From Candidatus Elulimicrobium sp. (GTDB taxonomy: Bacteria > Patescibacteriota > Minisyncoccia > Phycocordibacterales > UBA918), in the NCBI GenBank assembly GCA_020720815.1, contig DYNY01000003.1:1002-65001 (forward strand): 64,000 bases of DNA, given 5' to 3'. Below, in pieces: positions 1-8,419 of this stretch. A program made the position numbers and the translations under genes. Below the pieces are notes generated by a model that was not told the origin of the DNA, made no database searches, and saw nothing but the letters and a program-made list of their open reading frames with translations. How positions within the stretch are numbered: the first letter of the stretch is position 1; every line of letters starts with the position of its first letter.

Positions 1-2
1 AA

Positions 3-221
3 TACTTTGAAGCTAACTCAGATAGGTTCGTCAGCGATTATGCCACTCTCTCGCCAGATGAAGATTTGGCCGAGACTTTTGTCACCTTTGTGCATGAAGA
101 AAGGGGAAGAGGTACAACGTTGCGCGAAGAAAAAATAAACGCGTTTTATAGCCTGCCCGAGTTTGTATCAATCCGAAATACTTTGCGAAATAATCTTAAA
201 AAGTTGGGTGTATTGGATTAA
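3..221 (+). CDS. 3' end of an unidentified CDS, 5'-truncated by the window edge
   Basis: Frame 3 is open from the window start to TAA at 219-221. Translation is ...YATLSPDEDLAETFVTFVHEERGRGTTLREEKINAFYSLPEF.... No recognisable family. Confidence 0.3.
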   Translation, partial: YFEANSDRFVSDYATLSPDEDLAETFVTFVHEERGRGTTLREEKINAFYSLPEFVSIRNTLRNNLKKLGVLD

Positions 222-233
222 GAAGGAGGGTTT

Positions 234-262
234 TTGCTACGTCTTGACAGCGGGTATATAAT
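234..262 (+). promoter_or_regulatory. Putative sigma70-type promoter for the Hsp20 gene (TTGCTA-17-TATAAT)
   Basis: ttgcta at 234-239, a 17-nt spacer, tataat at 257-262, about 50 nt upstream of the ATG at 311. Confidence 0.3.
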
Positions 263-310
263 ATAGTCGTAGCATATTGCCATAACTTATTAGTTAAGTA
301 TAAAAATACT

Positions 311-730
311 ATGTCACTAATAAGATGGGAACCATTTGATGAGTTTGATCGCTTCTTTAGGGAGGTACAACCGCTCGTACCAAATCGCCAGAATTCGATG
401 GGCTTTGATATGGCAGTGGATGTTTATGAGGATGGGAAAGATATTGTGGCGGAAATGAATGTACCAGGACTAAAAGGTGAAGATATCGATGTTGAGGTTG
501 AGGATAGTTATTTAAGGATTTCTGGGCGTCGCGAAGAAGTGCAAGAAAAGAAAGAAAAAAATCATTATGCTAAAGAGATTCGTCGCGGTTCTTTTGAAAG
601 GGTAGTGCAGCTACCCGATGCAGTAGAGCAAGAAGCAGTGAGTGCGCAGTACAAAGACGGTGTACTAAAAGTCGTCATGCCTAAACGAGAAAAGACTGCT
701 GACAAGAAAGTAAAGGTACAAGTGCGGTAG
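311..730 (+). CDS. Hsp20/alpha-crystallin family small heat-shock protein
   Basis: 139 aa with an alpha-crystallin domain signature (…DVYEDGKDIVAEMNVPGLKGEDIDVEVEDSYLRISGRR…GVLKVVMPK). Confidence 0.85.
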   Translation: MSLIRWEPFDEFDRFFREVQPLVPNRQNSMGFDMAVDVYEDGKDIVAEMNVPGLKGEDIDVEVEDSYLRISGRREEVQEKKEKNHYAKEIRRGSFERVVQLPDAVEQEAVSAQYKDGVLKVVMPKREKTADKKVKVQVR

Positions 731-789
731 AGGTAAAATTATATAACCTAGAAACAAAGTTGCGCCCTAAAGGCGCAACTTTGTTTCTA

Positions 790-1353
790 CTAGTCTAGAC
801 CAAGTATTCCTTTAAATTTACTCCAGGTACTAGCCGAAGCTTTAGTTTTGGCTTGTATTTCTCTATTAGAATAACCAGTATTGGGTCCAACCACCGCTTC
901 TCCTTGTGGCAGGTCTGTATACCCATTTATCATTTTAGCATCATAAATTGATCCAGTAATTTCTCCATGTGGTTGAGGTTTGCCGAGGATTCCTTCTGTT
1001 GGTCTTACACTAGCTAGATTTGAGTCTCGATTACCAGCGTATAACCTTTCAGTTGTTGCCTCTTCATCAAATCTAGTATTTTCCCAACCAGTTTTTGTGT
1101 GGTCTTTTAGTTCTAAACCAGCCGACAACTCATCCAGCATTTCCTCATTTAAAATTACTTCTTTTCTTTCAATGCCCTTGGCTATTACATCGGTTGTACT
1201 GAAAGGCTCGTTAGCAGCTTCGTTTCCACCTGATTTTATTAAGTAGTCTACAAATTTTTTATTTTCAAGTTTTATGTCAGGCAAAGAATCATTACCATGT
1301 TCGTCCCAGTTATAAACGGGCCCATCTTTTTTTGCCCTACCTTCAATGCTCAT
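790..1353 (-). CDS. Hypothetical soluble protein (187 aa)
   Basis: Long ORF with protein-like composition. No family recognised and no TM or signal peptide. Confidence 0.4.
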   Translation of the reverse strand: MSIEGRAKKDGPVYNWDEHGNDSLPDIKLENKKFVDYLIKSGGNEAANEPFSTTDVIAKGIERKEVILNEEMLDELSAGLELKDHTKTGWENTRFDEEATTERLYAGNRDSNLASVRPTEGILGKPQPHGEITGSIYDAKMINGYTDLPQGEAVVGPNTGYSNREIQAKTKASASTWSKFKGILGLD

Positions 1354-1456
1354 GATTTATTGGCTTATATTTTAATTTAATTACATTTTACACGATTTTG
1401 ACAAAAATTGAACAATGAATTACAGCTAACGCACCAAGGCGTGCTAAAATCTAGCA

Positions 1457-1618
1457 ATGGAAAGAAAACTCATTTGGCTTGGCCTGGCCGTCGGATCTGC
1501 TGTCGGCGGATATATACCGATGTTATGGGGGGACCCTGCCTTCTCAATGTCTTCTGTGTTGTTAAGTGCTGTTGGTGGAATATTAGGGATTTGGCTTGGT
1601 TACCGTCTGGGTAGATAA
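1457..1618 (+). CDS. GlsB/YeaQ/YmgE-family small membrane protein (53 aa)
   Basis: Below the ORF-track length cutoff. Translation MERKLIWLGLAVGSAVGGYIPMLWGDPAFSMSSVLLSAVGGILGIWLGYRLGR has the two Gly-rich TM helices typical of the transglycosylase-associated protein family. The overlapping listed ORF 1408..1614 looks spurious. Confidence 0.55.
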   Translation: MERKLIWLGLAVGSAVGGYIPMLWGDPAFSMSSVLLSAVGGILGIWLGYRLGR

Positions 1619-1712
1619 AGACGAAAACTTTTATTTTAAATAAATAAAGGCCCAGGTCTTAGCGTGCTAAACGCTAGTTTCCTGGACCCTTGTGACCAAC
1701 CTGGTCAATGAA

Positions 1713-3212
1713 TCACTTCTTCCGCATCAGCTCCGTGACCGGCTCGATCTTACCGGCGGTGAGGCTGAATACGGAATAGCGGTCCTCGTCACCGGCCTTG
1801 GGGCACATTGCGAGCGTACCGCTGTTGAGGCCGTGGTCGCGCAATGCACGGATGCCGTCCATGTTGGCCACCACGATGACTTCCTCCATCTCGCCCTTGA
1901 CGGGAACCGTCAGAAACGAAATGGATTGGGGAGCCATTTTTGCCGTGTTGGTGTGGGACAGAGAAGGTTCTCTGGTCACCGCGGTGACCGCTTGGCGAAC
2001 CTTCCTCGCGCCATCCTTCTTCACCATGAAGGATTCAATCAGTTCCCCGACCTCACCCGTCTTGGTGTTGTAGGAAGTGACGGAGATGCAGAAGGCGCCG
2101 TGTCCGAGCATCAGCCACTCATCGCCGACGACCGGATAGCCGTGACGGCGATCGCCCGAGAGGGTGTGTGCGAAGATGCGCTTGCGACCGGCGATTTCCG
2201 CCCGCTTGGCATCCCGCTCCGCTCGGCGCTTGGCACGCTCTTTTTCAGCGACAGCTTCTTCTTCCATCTTGGCCGCTTGACGTGCTGCGGTCAAGGTTTT
2301 GTTGATGGCTGTGCGAAGTGTTGCCTCGCGTTGCGACCAAATTGGCTCGAGGCCCTCGGCCTGCGCGATCAGTTCCTTCAGTGCGACGAGGTCCTTCAAC
2401 TTGCGACCGCCGATGGATTCACCACCGATGCGTTGACGATGGGAGAGATCCCGTACAGGCACCACTTCGCAGAGGCTCTGCTTGGTCGAGATCATGATGA
2501 CGAGTTCGTCACCGACCTCGCGCAGAAACGCCATCCCGGCAAAACCGTAGTTCTTGTACTCCTTTCCAAAGGACCACATTTCCTGGCCGTCAAAGACGAC
2601 TTGGGCAGGGAGGAACTCGGCATGAGGAGCGGCACGCGGAGATCTCAACTGCTCGATCCTGAAACCCTCGAAGAGGGTGGTTTGCAACTGAAAACCCTTG
2701 CTGTCGGTCTTCTCATCGATGATTCGTTTGTTCAAAAGTGGTGAGAAATGCCCTGCGTAAGAGATTTGTAATTCAGGTAGTGCCCAATCTGTACCTCTTA
2801 CTTTTCCTCGGCAGTTTTTAGCACCACAATGACAATCCCAACTTGATATGTAGTCTTCTCGTGCTTCCCAGAGGGCATAGTCAGCTAAAAGCTCTTCACC
2901 AATAGAAATGTTTCTCCGTGCAATAAGGGTGAAGGCGTCGTCCATCCACACATTTGGGTCGCATGAGTGATTGATAAAGTATGTATCATCTTCACCTCTA
3001 TCCTCTACACTGTATAAGTCATTGTCCCATTGCAGTATGAGTTTTTCTTCTTGCACTGCACGCTCAGCTTCTTCCTTATGTACATATTTACCACCCCACA
3101 CAAGCACTTTCTCACCTAAACAGATTGGACTTGTTGCAAACATTCCCTTACCACCAATCTCGGAGGCTTTGATTTCAATGTTTGGATGTATCCAAGACTG
3201 CGTAGGTATCAT
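1713..3212 (-). CDS. SET-domain (lysine-methyltransferase-like) protein fused to a C-terminal ~345-aa domain encoded by a GC-rich block
   Basis: The N-terminal 150 aa carry the SET hallmarks (…YFINHSCDPNV…, GEELLADY, post-SET CHCGAKNCRG). The remainder, 1713-2750, lies in >60% GC DNA with high GC3 in this frame and includes a charged coiled-coil (KMEEEAVAEKERAKRRAERDAKRAEIAGRKR). Confidence 0.6.
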   Translation of the reverse strand: MIPTQSWIHPNIEIKASEIGGKGMFATSPICLGEKVLVWGGKYVHKEEAERAVQEEKLILQWDNDLYSVEDRGEDDTYFINHSCDPNVWMDDAFTLIARRNISIGEELLADYALWEAREDYISSWDCHCGAKNCRGKVRGTDWALPELQISYAGHFSPLLNKRIIDEKTDSKGFQLQTTLFEGFRIEQLRSPRAAPHAEFLPAQVVFDGQEMWSFGKEYKNYGFAGMAFLREVGDELVIMISTKQSLCEVVPVRDLSHRQRIGGESIGGRKLKDLVALKELIAQAEGLEPIWSQREATLRTAINKTLTAARQAAKMEEEAVAEKERAKRRAERDAKRAEIAGRKRIFAHTLSGDRRHGYPVVGDEWLMLGHGAFCISVTSYNTKTGEVGELIESFMVKKDGARKVRQAVTAVTREPSLSHTNTAKMAPQSISFLTVPVKGEMEEVIVVANMDGIRALRDHGLNSGTLAMCPKAGDEDRYSVFSLTAGKIEPVTELMRKK

Positions 3213-3448
3213 AAAAACTACTTAGAATACACACTTTGGGGTACCTTCCAATAGGTTACTTTGCAGTCTCAGTCGGGAATGTATCAGAGCAGGTGGTCAA
3301 AGAATACCTGGAACATCATTTCAGCGACGAGGATGAAGCTGATGATGCGTTCAAGATACAACCCTAACGTTTGACTTCAGTCAGCGAAGCACTCTGTGCG
3401 CTTCAGCGCACAGAGGTTGAAATTTTTAATAGTATGTACTTAGATACA

Positions 3449-5062
3449 TTATGAGTTCATAAGTGGAAAGAGGTAAGCATACCCTTCTTTTTCCATATTA
3501 CTTTGTGAAATAAAACGGAGTGATGCAGAATTCATACAATATCGCTTACCACCCCTATCTGCTGGCCCATCATCGAACACATGCCCGAGATGTGAGTCAG
3601 CAAAGCGCGATCGGACTTCAGTTCGCTTTGTAAAGAGTGTACTGTCTTTGTGTAGCACAACTGCGTCATCCGTAATCGGTTTTACAAATGACGGCCACCC
3701 GGTGCCAGAGTCATATTTATCCTTTGAGAAATACAACGGTTCCCCCGATACAATGTCTACATAGATTCCCTCAACATCATTCTTATCATACTCGTTCTTA
3801 AATGGCGTTTCGGTTCCATCCTCTTGTGTCACCTCATACTGAATTGATGTGAGGCGAGCACGAAGAACTTCAGGGGAAGGCTTCATAAAACTTTGCCAAG
3901 AGTTTTCTTTGGAAGTTATAGTACTTGATCCTGGTTCAGTCCATATACTCGGAGTAACAAACGTATTTGCGGAATCGCCCCAATATTTTTTAATAAATGT
4001 ATCTCTTCCTGAGGCAGTGCGATATAAGTTGTACCGAACTGGATTCTTCTCAGAATAATCTTGATGATATTCTTCAGCTGCCCAAAATGGTACTCGCGGA
4101 GTGACCAGAAGCGGCAATGGATTAGGAAATGTACGAAGTGCATCAACCGTGTCAATGATCCGACGTGCTTCAATCTTTTCGATATCATTTTCGTAGAATA
4201 TTGCTGGTGCATATTCTTTTCCTCGATCACCGAAGGATCCTTCCGCGTCCGTTGGGTCACCGTGTTTAATGATATGTTCGACGAGGTTCCCAAATGTTAG
4301 GGTATTTGCATCATATGTTACCAACACTACTTCACGATGACCACCTTCCTCATAATTCTTATAGGTAGGATTCTCGGTAGACCCGCCCGCGTATCCCGAC
4401 ACTACATCAATAACCCCTGTAACTTCTTCAAGATCATGCTCCACGCACCAGAAACATCCGTTTGCAAGTAGAGCAGTCTTTTTCGACATCTCGTAATTTT
4501 GTTGTCCTGTGGTGGTGCTAGGAATTGGTATTTCGGCGGACTTGCTCATGTCATCACCGTCTTGCATAGAATCTTCAACACTCAATTCGTTTGAAGTTAA
4601 TCCACTAATACTAATGTCCGCGTAGTTAAACAAAACACCAAACTGTTTACACCACGTCATCACGTATTTATAATCAGAAATATCTACCTCTGCAGGAATA
4701 ATGTAGTTGATATTACCCTCTGTGCCACGTAGCTCCCCAAGACTCACAAACTCCTTACCTTCAAGATCTTTGCTTAAATATACAAATAAATCTGGGCCAT
4801 TGATTGTCTTGAAATTTTCATAACAAATAGTTTTTCCTTCCGGAGAATCAATGAGTCTTACGGTTCCTTCAGCTGGATGCCCAACTGTACCCATAACAGG
4901 ATAGCTCTCAACAATCATGACCTCGTCTTTACTACTAGAAACACTTAGCATTACTGGGGCTTCTTCGTTAAGTGTAACTGTTTTAAAGGTTGGAGAGATG
5001 GTGTAATAACCAAAACCGATGAGCACCGTGGCGACGACTGCAATAATTATTTTATTTAACAT
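3449..5062 (-). CDS. msrAB: Membrane-anchored/secreted DM13-MsrA-MsrB fusion (peptide methionine sulfoxide reductase A/B)
   Basis: N-terminal TM helix. DM13-like segment (…[37 protein letters not shown]…). MsrA motif GCFWCVEH…YAGG…NPTY. MsrB motifs (…GWPSF…HLGHVF…, CxxC pairs). Confidence 0.8.
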   Translation of the reverse strand: MLNKIIIAVVATVLIGFGYYTISPTFKTVTLNEEAPVMLSVSSSKDEVMIVESYPVMGTVGHPAEGTVRLIDSPEGKTICYENFKTINGPDLFVYLSKDLEGKEFVSLGELRGTEGNINYIIPAEVDISDYKYVMTWCKQFGVLFNYADISISGLTSNELSVEDSMQDGDDMSKSAEIPIPSTTTGQQNYEMSKKTALLANGCFWCVEHDLEEVTGVIDVVSGYAGGSTENPTYKNYEEGGHREVVLVTYDANTLTFGNLVEHIIKHGDPTDAEGSFGDRGKEYAPAIFYENDIEKIEARRIIDTVDALRTFPNPLPLLVTPRVPFWAAEEYHQDYSEKNPVRYNLYRTASGRDTFIKKYWGDSANTFVTPSIWTEPGSSTITSKENSWQSFMKPSPEVLRARLTSIQYEVTQEDGTETPFKNEYDKNDVEGIYVDIVSGEPLYFSKDKYDSGTGWPSFVKPITDDAVVLHKDSTLFTKRTEVRSRFADSHLGHVFDDGPADRGGKRYCMNSASLRFISQSNMEKEGYAYLFPLMNS

Positions 5063-5086
5063 ATACTAATAAGTATATACAAAACA

Positions 5087-5119
5087 AGGAGAATGTAAAG
5101 TTAACTTTACATTCTCCTT
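5087..5119. promoter_or_regulatory. Perfect 33-bp palindrome containing TGTAAAG-N4-CTTTACA, a candidate operator and/or terminator
   Basis: aaggagaatgtaaagttaactttacattctcctt lies between the stop of the DUF2178 gene and the start of msrAB, 25 nt upstream of the msrAB start codon. Confidence 0.5.
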
Positions 5120-5134
5120 AGAGGATAACTCTTT

Positions 5135-5497
5135 TTATCGATTTTTGTCGCTCCAGATGCGCGTAGCAATCTTTGCAACAATCATCACGACCAGCGAAAC
5201 AACGAGCCACGGGTCGACGGTATGTGTATACCCCTCTACAACAATACCCAGAATGAGAAGAGCAGAACCTGCAAGAAATGCGTTTCTCCCCGCAAGGGTC
5301 TCATGCACAGCATCTCGTTCGTCAACAGTCTTCTCACGTAAAATAAAACTTGCAAATATTCCAAAGAGTACTAGTGTGAGAACAAGCATACCCACAACCA
5401 TCATGTCGGGCATCCAAAAGTCAAAAGGATTGAGAAGTAGCACAGCAATAAGTATCAGAAGTAGGGTAGTAAATATTTCAGAAAGATTATTTTTCAT
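5135..5497 (-). CDS. DUF2178-like small polytopic membrane protein, partner of the adjacent XRE regulator
   Basis: Four predicted TM helices. The start is taken at MKNNLSE…, with the ORF track starting 8 codons earlier at 5521. It overlaps the XRE gene stop by a few nt, which is the typical XRE-DUF2178 operon layout. Confidence 0.55.
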   Translation of the reverse strand: MKNNLSEIFTTLLLILIAVLLLNPFDFWMPDMMVVGMLVLTLVLFGIFASFILREKTVDERDAVHETLAGRNAFLAGSALLILGIVVEGYTHTVDPWLVVSLVVMIVAKIATRIWSDKNR

Positions 5498-5699
5498 ACG
5501 ATATGGTAAATAGTTTCTCAACAGACACTTTGAAAAAGTGCGCTATCTTGAGTGCTAATAAAATTGACGGCGTGTAGTTACCTTTTTCAAGCGCAATGAT
5601 AGTCTGACGACTTACGCCCACTGCGCGCGCAAGATCTTCTTGGGTGATTCCTAAATTCACCCGGTAATCAGGTACTTTATTTTTTATACTCTCCTGCAT
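5487..5699 (-). CDS. XRE-family helix-turn-helix transcriptional regulator (70 aa)
   Basis: HTH_3 signature …[49 protein letters not shown]. Confidence 0.8.
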   Translation of the reverse strand: MQESIKNKVPDYRVNLGITQEDLARAVGVSRQTIIALEKGNYTPSILLALKIAHFFKVSVEKLFTISYEK

Positions 5700-5730
5700 A
5701 GTAATATATGTTATAGAGTTTTGATGAGTA

Positions 5731-5748
5731 TGTAAAGTTTTCTTTACA
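5731..5748. promoter_or_regulatory. TGTAAAG-tttt-CTTTACA palindrome in the divergent XRE/msrB intergenic region, a candidate operator
   Basis: Same half-sites as the 5087-5119 palindrome. A third, imperfect copy aGTAAAG-taga-CTTTACa sits at 5825-5842. Confidence 0.45.
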
Positions 5749-5955
5749 CGGGATCACTTGCTTATTGAACTACGTCGTTTACTTACGACAGGGTAGTTCA
5801 ATTGGTCGTTGCAAAAGTTTTAAAAGTAAAGTAGACTTTACATCGGGAAGTGTGAAATTGTAACAATAGTAAAGAAGTAAAAAATAATTAGTATAACCAA
5901 AGTTTCAAAATTATCTTTGACTTGATTGTGTTTATCTATATTAAATCCCACCCGT

Positions 5956-6360
5956 ATGATATCTGACGAACAATTGAAGAAAGTTAACCCCGAATTGTAT
6001 AAAATTGCTCGAGAGGGTGGTACCGAAGCCCCACACTCCAGCGATCTGTTGTATGTTGACGATAATGGAACTTTCCACTGCGCAGTTTGCAACGCGCTGC
6101 TATTTGACTCGGAAACTAAGTTTGATTCCGGATCAGGTTGGCCCTCTTTTACAGATCCAATAAATAAAGAGGCCGTCACCCTCATCCATGATCATAGTCA
6201 TGGGATGCGAAGAACAGAAGTCCGTTGCAGTAATTGCAAGGCGCACTTAGGGCATGTCTTCCCTGATGGTCCAGAACGAACCGGTGGTGGAGAAAGAGAC
6301 TTTGGGCGTCACAATCGATATTGTATCAATGGCATTTCGCTTGAAATGCATAATAAATAA
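5956..6360 (+). CDS. msrB: Peptide methionine sulfoxide reductase MsrB (SelR)
   Basis: CAVCNALLFDSETKFDSGSGWPSF…CSNCKAHLGHVF, the Zn-binding CxxC pairs and the catalytic region. The start is taken at MISDEQ, while the track ORF begins 10 codons upstream. Confidence 0.85.
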   Translation: MISDEQLKKVNPELYKIAREGGTEAPHSSDLLYVDDNGTFHCAVCNALLFDSETKFDSGSGWPSFTDPINKEAVTLIHDHSHGMRRTEVRCSNCKAHLGHVFPDGPERTGGGERDFGRHNRYCINGISLEMHNK

Positions 6361-6363
6361 TTT

Positions 6364-6861
6364 ATGTCACAAAATTACAAAAAGGCTGTGGTGGCAGGGG
6401 GTTGTTTTTGGGGACTTGAAGACTTACTTCGAACACAGCCTGGCATTGTCGAGACTGAGACAGGTTATGCTGGCGGAAAAAATGCTAATCCGACATACGA
6501 ATCTCACCCAGGTCATGCTGAAGCCGTGGAAATTACTTACGACCCTTCAGTTACCGCCTACAAAAATATTCTTGACTTCTTTTTTCAAATCCATAACCCA
6601 ACAACTCTAAATCAGCAAGGAAATGATAAGGGTACTTCATACCGTTCTACAATCTTTTTCGCCACTAAGGAAGAAAAAGATACGGCGGAAGAGATGATAG
6701 GTATTGTAAATGAGTCTGGTCGATGGAATGAGCCTGTTGTCACAACACTTGAGCCGCTGACACGTTTTTGGCCAGCTGTAGATTATCACCAAGATTATCT
6801 ACAGAAGAGTCCTGGTGGTTATACGTGCCATGCCATATATTTTGATAGCTATCTGCAGTAG
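6364..6861 (+). CDS. msrA: Peptide methionine sulfoxide reductase MsrA
   Basis: AGGCFWGLE…GYAGG…NPTYE…HAEAV, the canonical MsrA active-site region. Confidence 0.9.
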   Translation: MSQNYKKAVVAGGCFWGLEDLLRTQPGIVETETGYAGGKNANPTYESHPGHAEAVEITYDPSVTAYKNILDFFFQIHNPTTLNQQGNDKGTSYRSTIFFATKEEKDTAEEMIGIVNESGRWNEPVVTTLEPLTRFWPAVDYHQDYLQKSPGGYTCHAIYFDSYLQ

Positions 6862-7185
6862 TAACTACACACTATATTTTTACCCTAAAATAAGATTCTA
6901 AAAAACAAACCCAAAATCCTCACTAGGGAAACGTTTGACTAGAACCAAAATGTCCCCTGTTTAGGGGACATTTTGGTGTTTTTATATTCTGGGCGACGTC
7001 GTAGAGAAAGTTAGAGTGTGTTTGATTGTTTGAGTGATTTGAGTGTCTATATTCCAGTGTTTAGTACAATACTGAATAGATTACCCTTGGCAATCCGCAT
7101 GGACTATCTTTTGTTGAGAGAAGCAACAAAATCATCTACTGTTTCAAAAACCTCTAGCTCTCCATCCTCAAAAGACTATTCAGCG

Positions 7186-7803
7186 TCACTTCATTTTAAA
7201 TGAAGTGAGCATTCTATCGTATATTTTTGTTGGTAATGTCCATGTTTCATCTCCTCCAAACTTTTCAAAACTGAGTCTATATATAGTATTTCCGTACCCA
7301 ATGAAATAATCATAGTTTAAGTCGGTCGTGATAATTTTGTACGCCGTGTACCCATTTACCTCGGTTTCCTCTGCACTCGCAACAATCGTGTTTGGGTATG
7401 GATAGATACCGTCGCTTTGGACTCGCGACTCTCTCAGATACCAATCCTTCGGGCTGAGTTTTTTTAGGTTCTCATACACGTGCACTGTCATTGAGGTCAT
7501 CTGTTCTTCTCCTCTTGAACTTTTTCCGTTTGTGAAAAAAGTCATTTCTATGCTCTCTGAAATTTCTTTACCGGTTCCTTCTGCTTTCCATCCGCTGGGA
7601 TATTCAATTTGATACGCATATTTGTAATTTTGATAGACTTTGAAGTCATCTTTTTCTTGGCTACAATTAAAACAGGTTTGAGTAAGTACGTACGCAAGGA
7701 CGATGAAAATCCCCATGACTAATACACCCACGTTCAAGTATCGGAATATTTTTTGACTGTTGCTCATCGATTTATTATCACATATCTCTGATTGAACAAT
7801 CAA
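7186..7803 (-). CDS. Hypothetical membrane-anchored protein
   Basis: N-terminal TM helix (NVGVLVMGIFIVLAYVL) followed by a Tyr-rich extracytoplasmic domain. An alternative start MSNSQK lies at 7767. Confidence 0.45.
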   Translation of the reverse strand: MIVQSEICDNKSMSNSQKIFRYLNVGVLVMGIFIVLAYVLTQTCFNCSQEKDDFKVYQNYKYAYQIEYPSGWKAEGTGKEISESIEMTFFTNGKSSRGEEQMTSMTVHVYENLKKLSPKDWYLRESRVQSDGIYPYPNTIVASAEETEVNGYTAYKIITTDLNYDYFIGYGNTIYRLSFEKFGGDETWTLPTKIYDRMLTSFKMK

Positions 7804-8105
7804 TGTGCTACGGGCAGTGAAAGTGTGCTAGAAAATTGTGTCAGCCATCATTTCCATATAAGTCACTTTTTAATTTTACCTAGTGGAACCAGAAGTCCTT
7901 ATTTAGATTTCTTTCTTGCAGGGTAGAGACAGTGGGGCGGCTATCGGGAATATCTTTCATTACATGAACGGTACACCTTTCGTATCGTACTTCGCTAGCG
8001 CTCGTGCGATACACTCAAGGTCTTCGATTCCCGAGCGGAAGCAAAGCAGTTTGCTTCCTTAGCCGCCCAAAACACAAAAGACCCTAAAGGGGTCCTTGTG
8101 TTTTG

Positions 8106-8178
8106 GGCGGCTATCGGGAATCGAACCCGAATCGAAGGCTCCACAAACCTCAGTGTTAACCGTTACACCATAGCCGCC
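8106..8178 (-). tRNA. tRNA-His (anticodon GTG) with an encoded G-1
   Basis: Manual cloverleaf fold. Acceptor GCGGCTA/TAGCCGC, D-stem GTGT/ACAC with a GG loop, anticodon stem GAGGT/GCCTT with loop TTGTGGA giving GUG, T-arm TCGGG-TTCGATT-CCCGA, discriminator C. The extra 5' G pairs with C73, a tRNA-His hallmark. Confidence 0.75.
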
Positions 8179-8419
8179 AGAAGTGTTGTTAGGATTCCGT
8201 TCTTGGAGTCCGTAACGCGCTATTTATACCTATTTTTTGCTAAAAAGTCGAGCCTTTTGTTTGCCCTGACATCTTTGTAGTGCTACACTTGTTCTTGATT
8301 ATGGACCACGAAGCTTTACTGGTCACTTTATTTTTTACCTTCATGCTTGGAGCAGGGGTTGGTTTTTATCTCACCAAATTTTTATTGTAGTTAGTCATTA
8401 TTCACTAAGACCAAAATAA

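Noticed and set aside
1692-2744. 350-aa + strand ORF covering the GC-rich block
   Set aside because: Its third-codon positions are T-rich, while the opposite-strand frame has a strongly G/C third position. The translation (…HCERTAVEAVVAQCTDAVHVGHHDDFLHLALDGNRQKRNG…) is low-complexity and junk-like. It is the antisense shadow of the real minus-strand coding region, of the kind common in high-GC DNA.
3213-3448. Possible + strand gene fragment ending …EYLEHHFSDEDEADDAFKIQP before the hairpin at 3376-3410
   Set aside because: The open frame is only ~50 codons, with no start codon or RBS. It more likely reflects the chance composition of an intergenic region that carries the msrAB terminator.
8098-8280. 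60-aa + ORF
   Set aside because: It overlaps the tRNA-His gene on the opposite strand and the surrounding repeat and hairpin region, so it is spurious.
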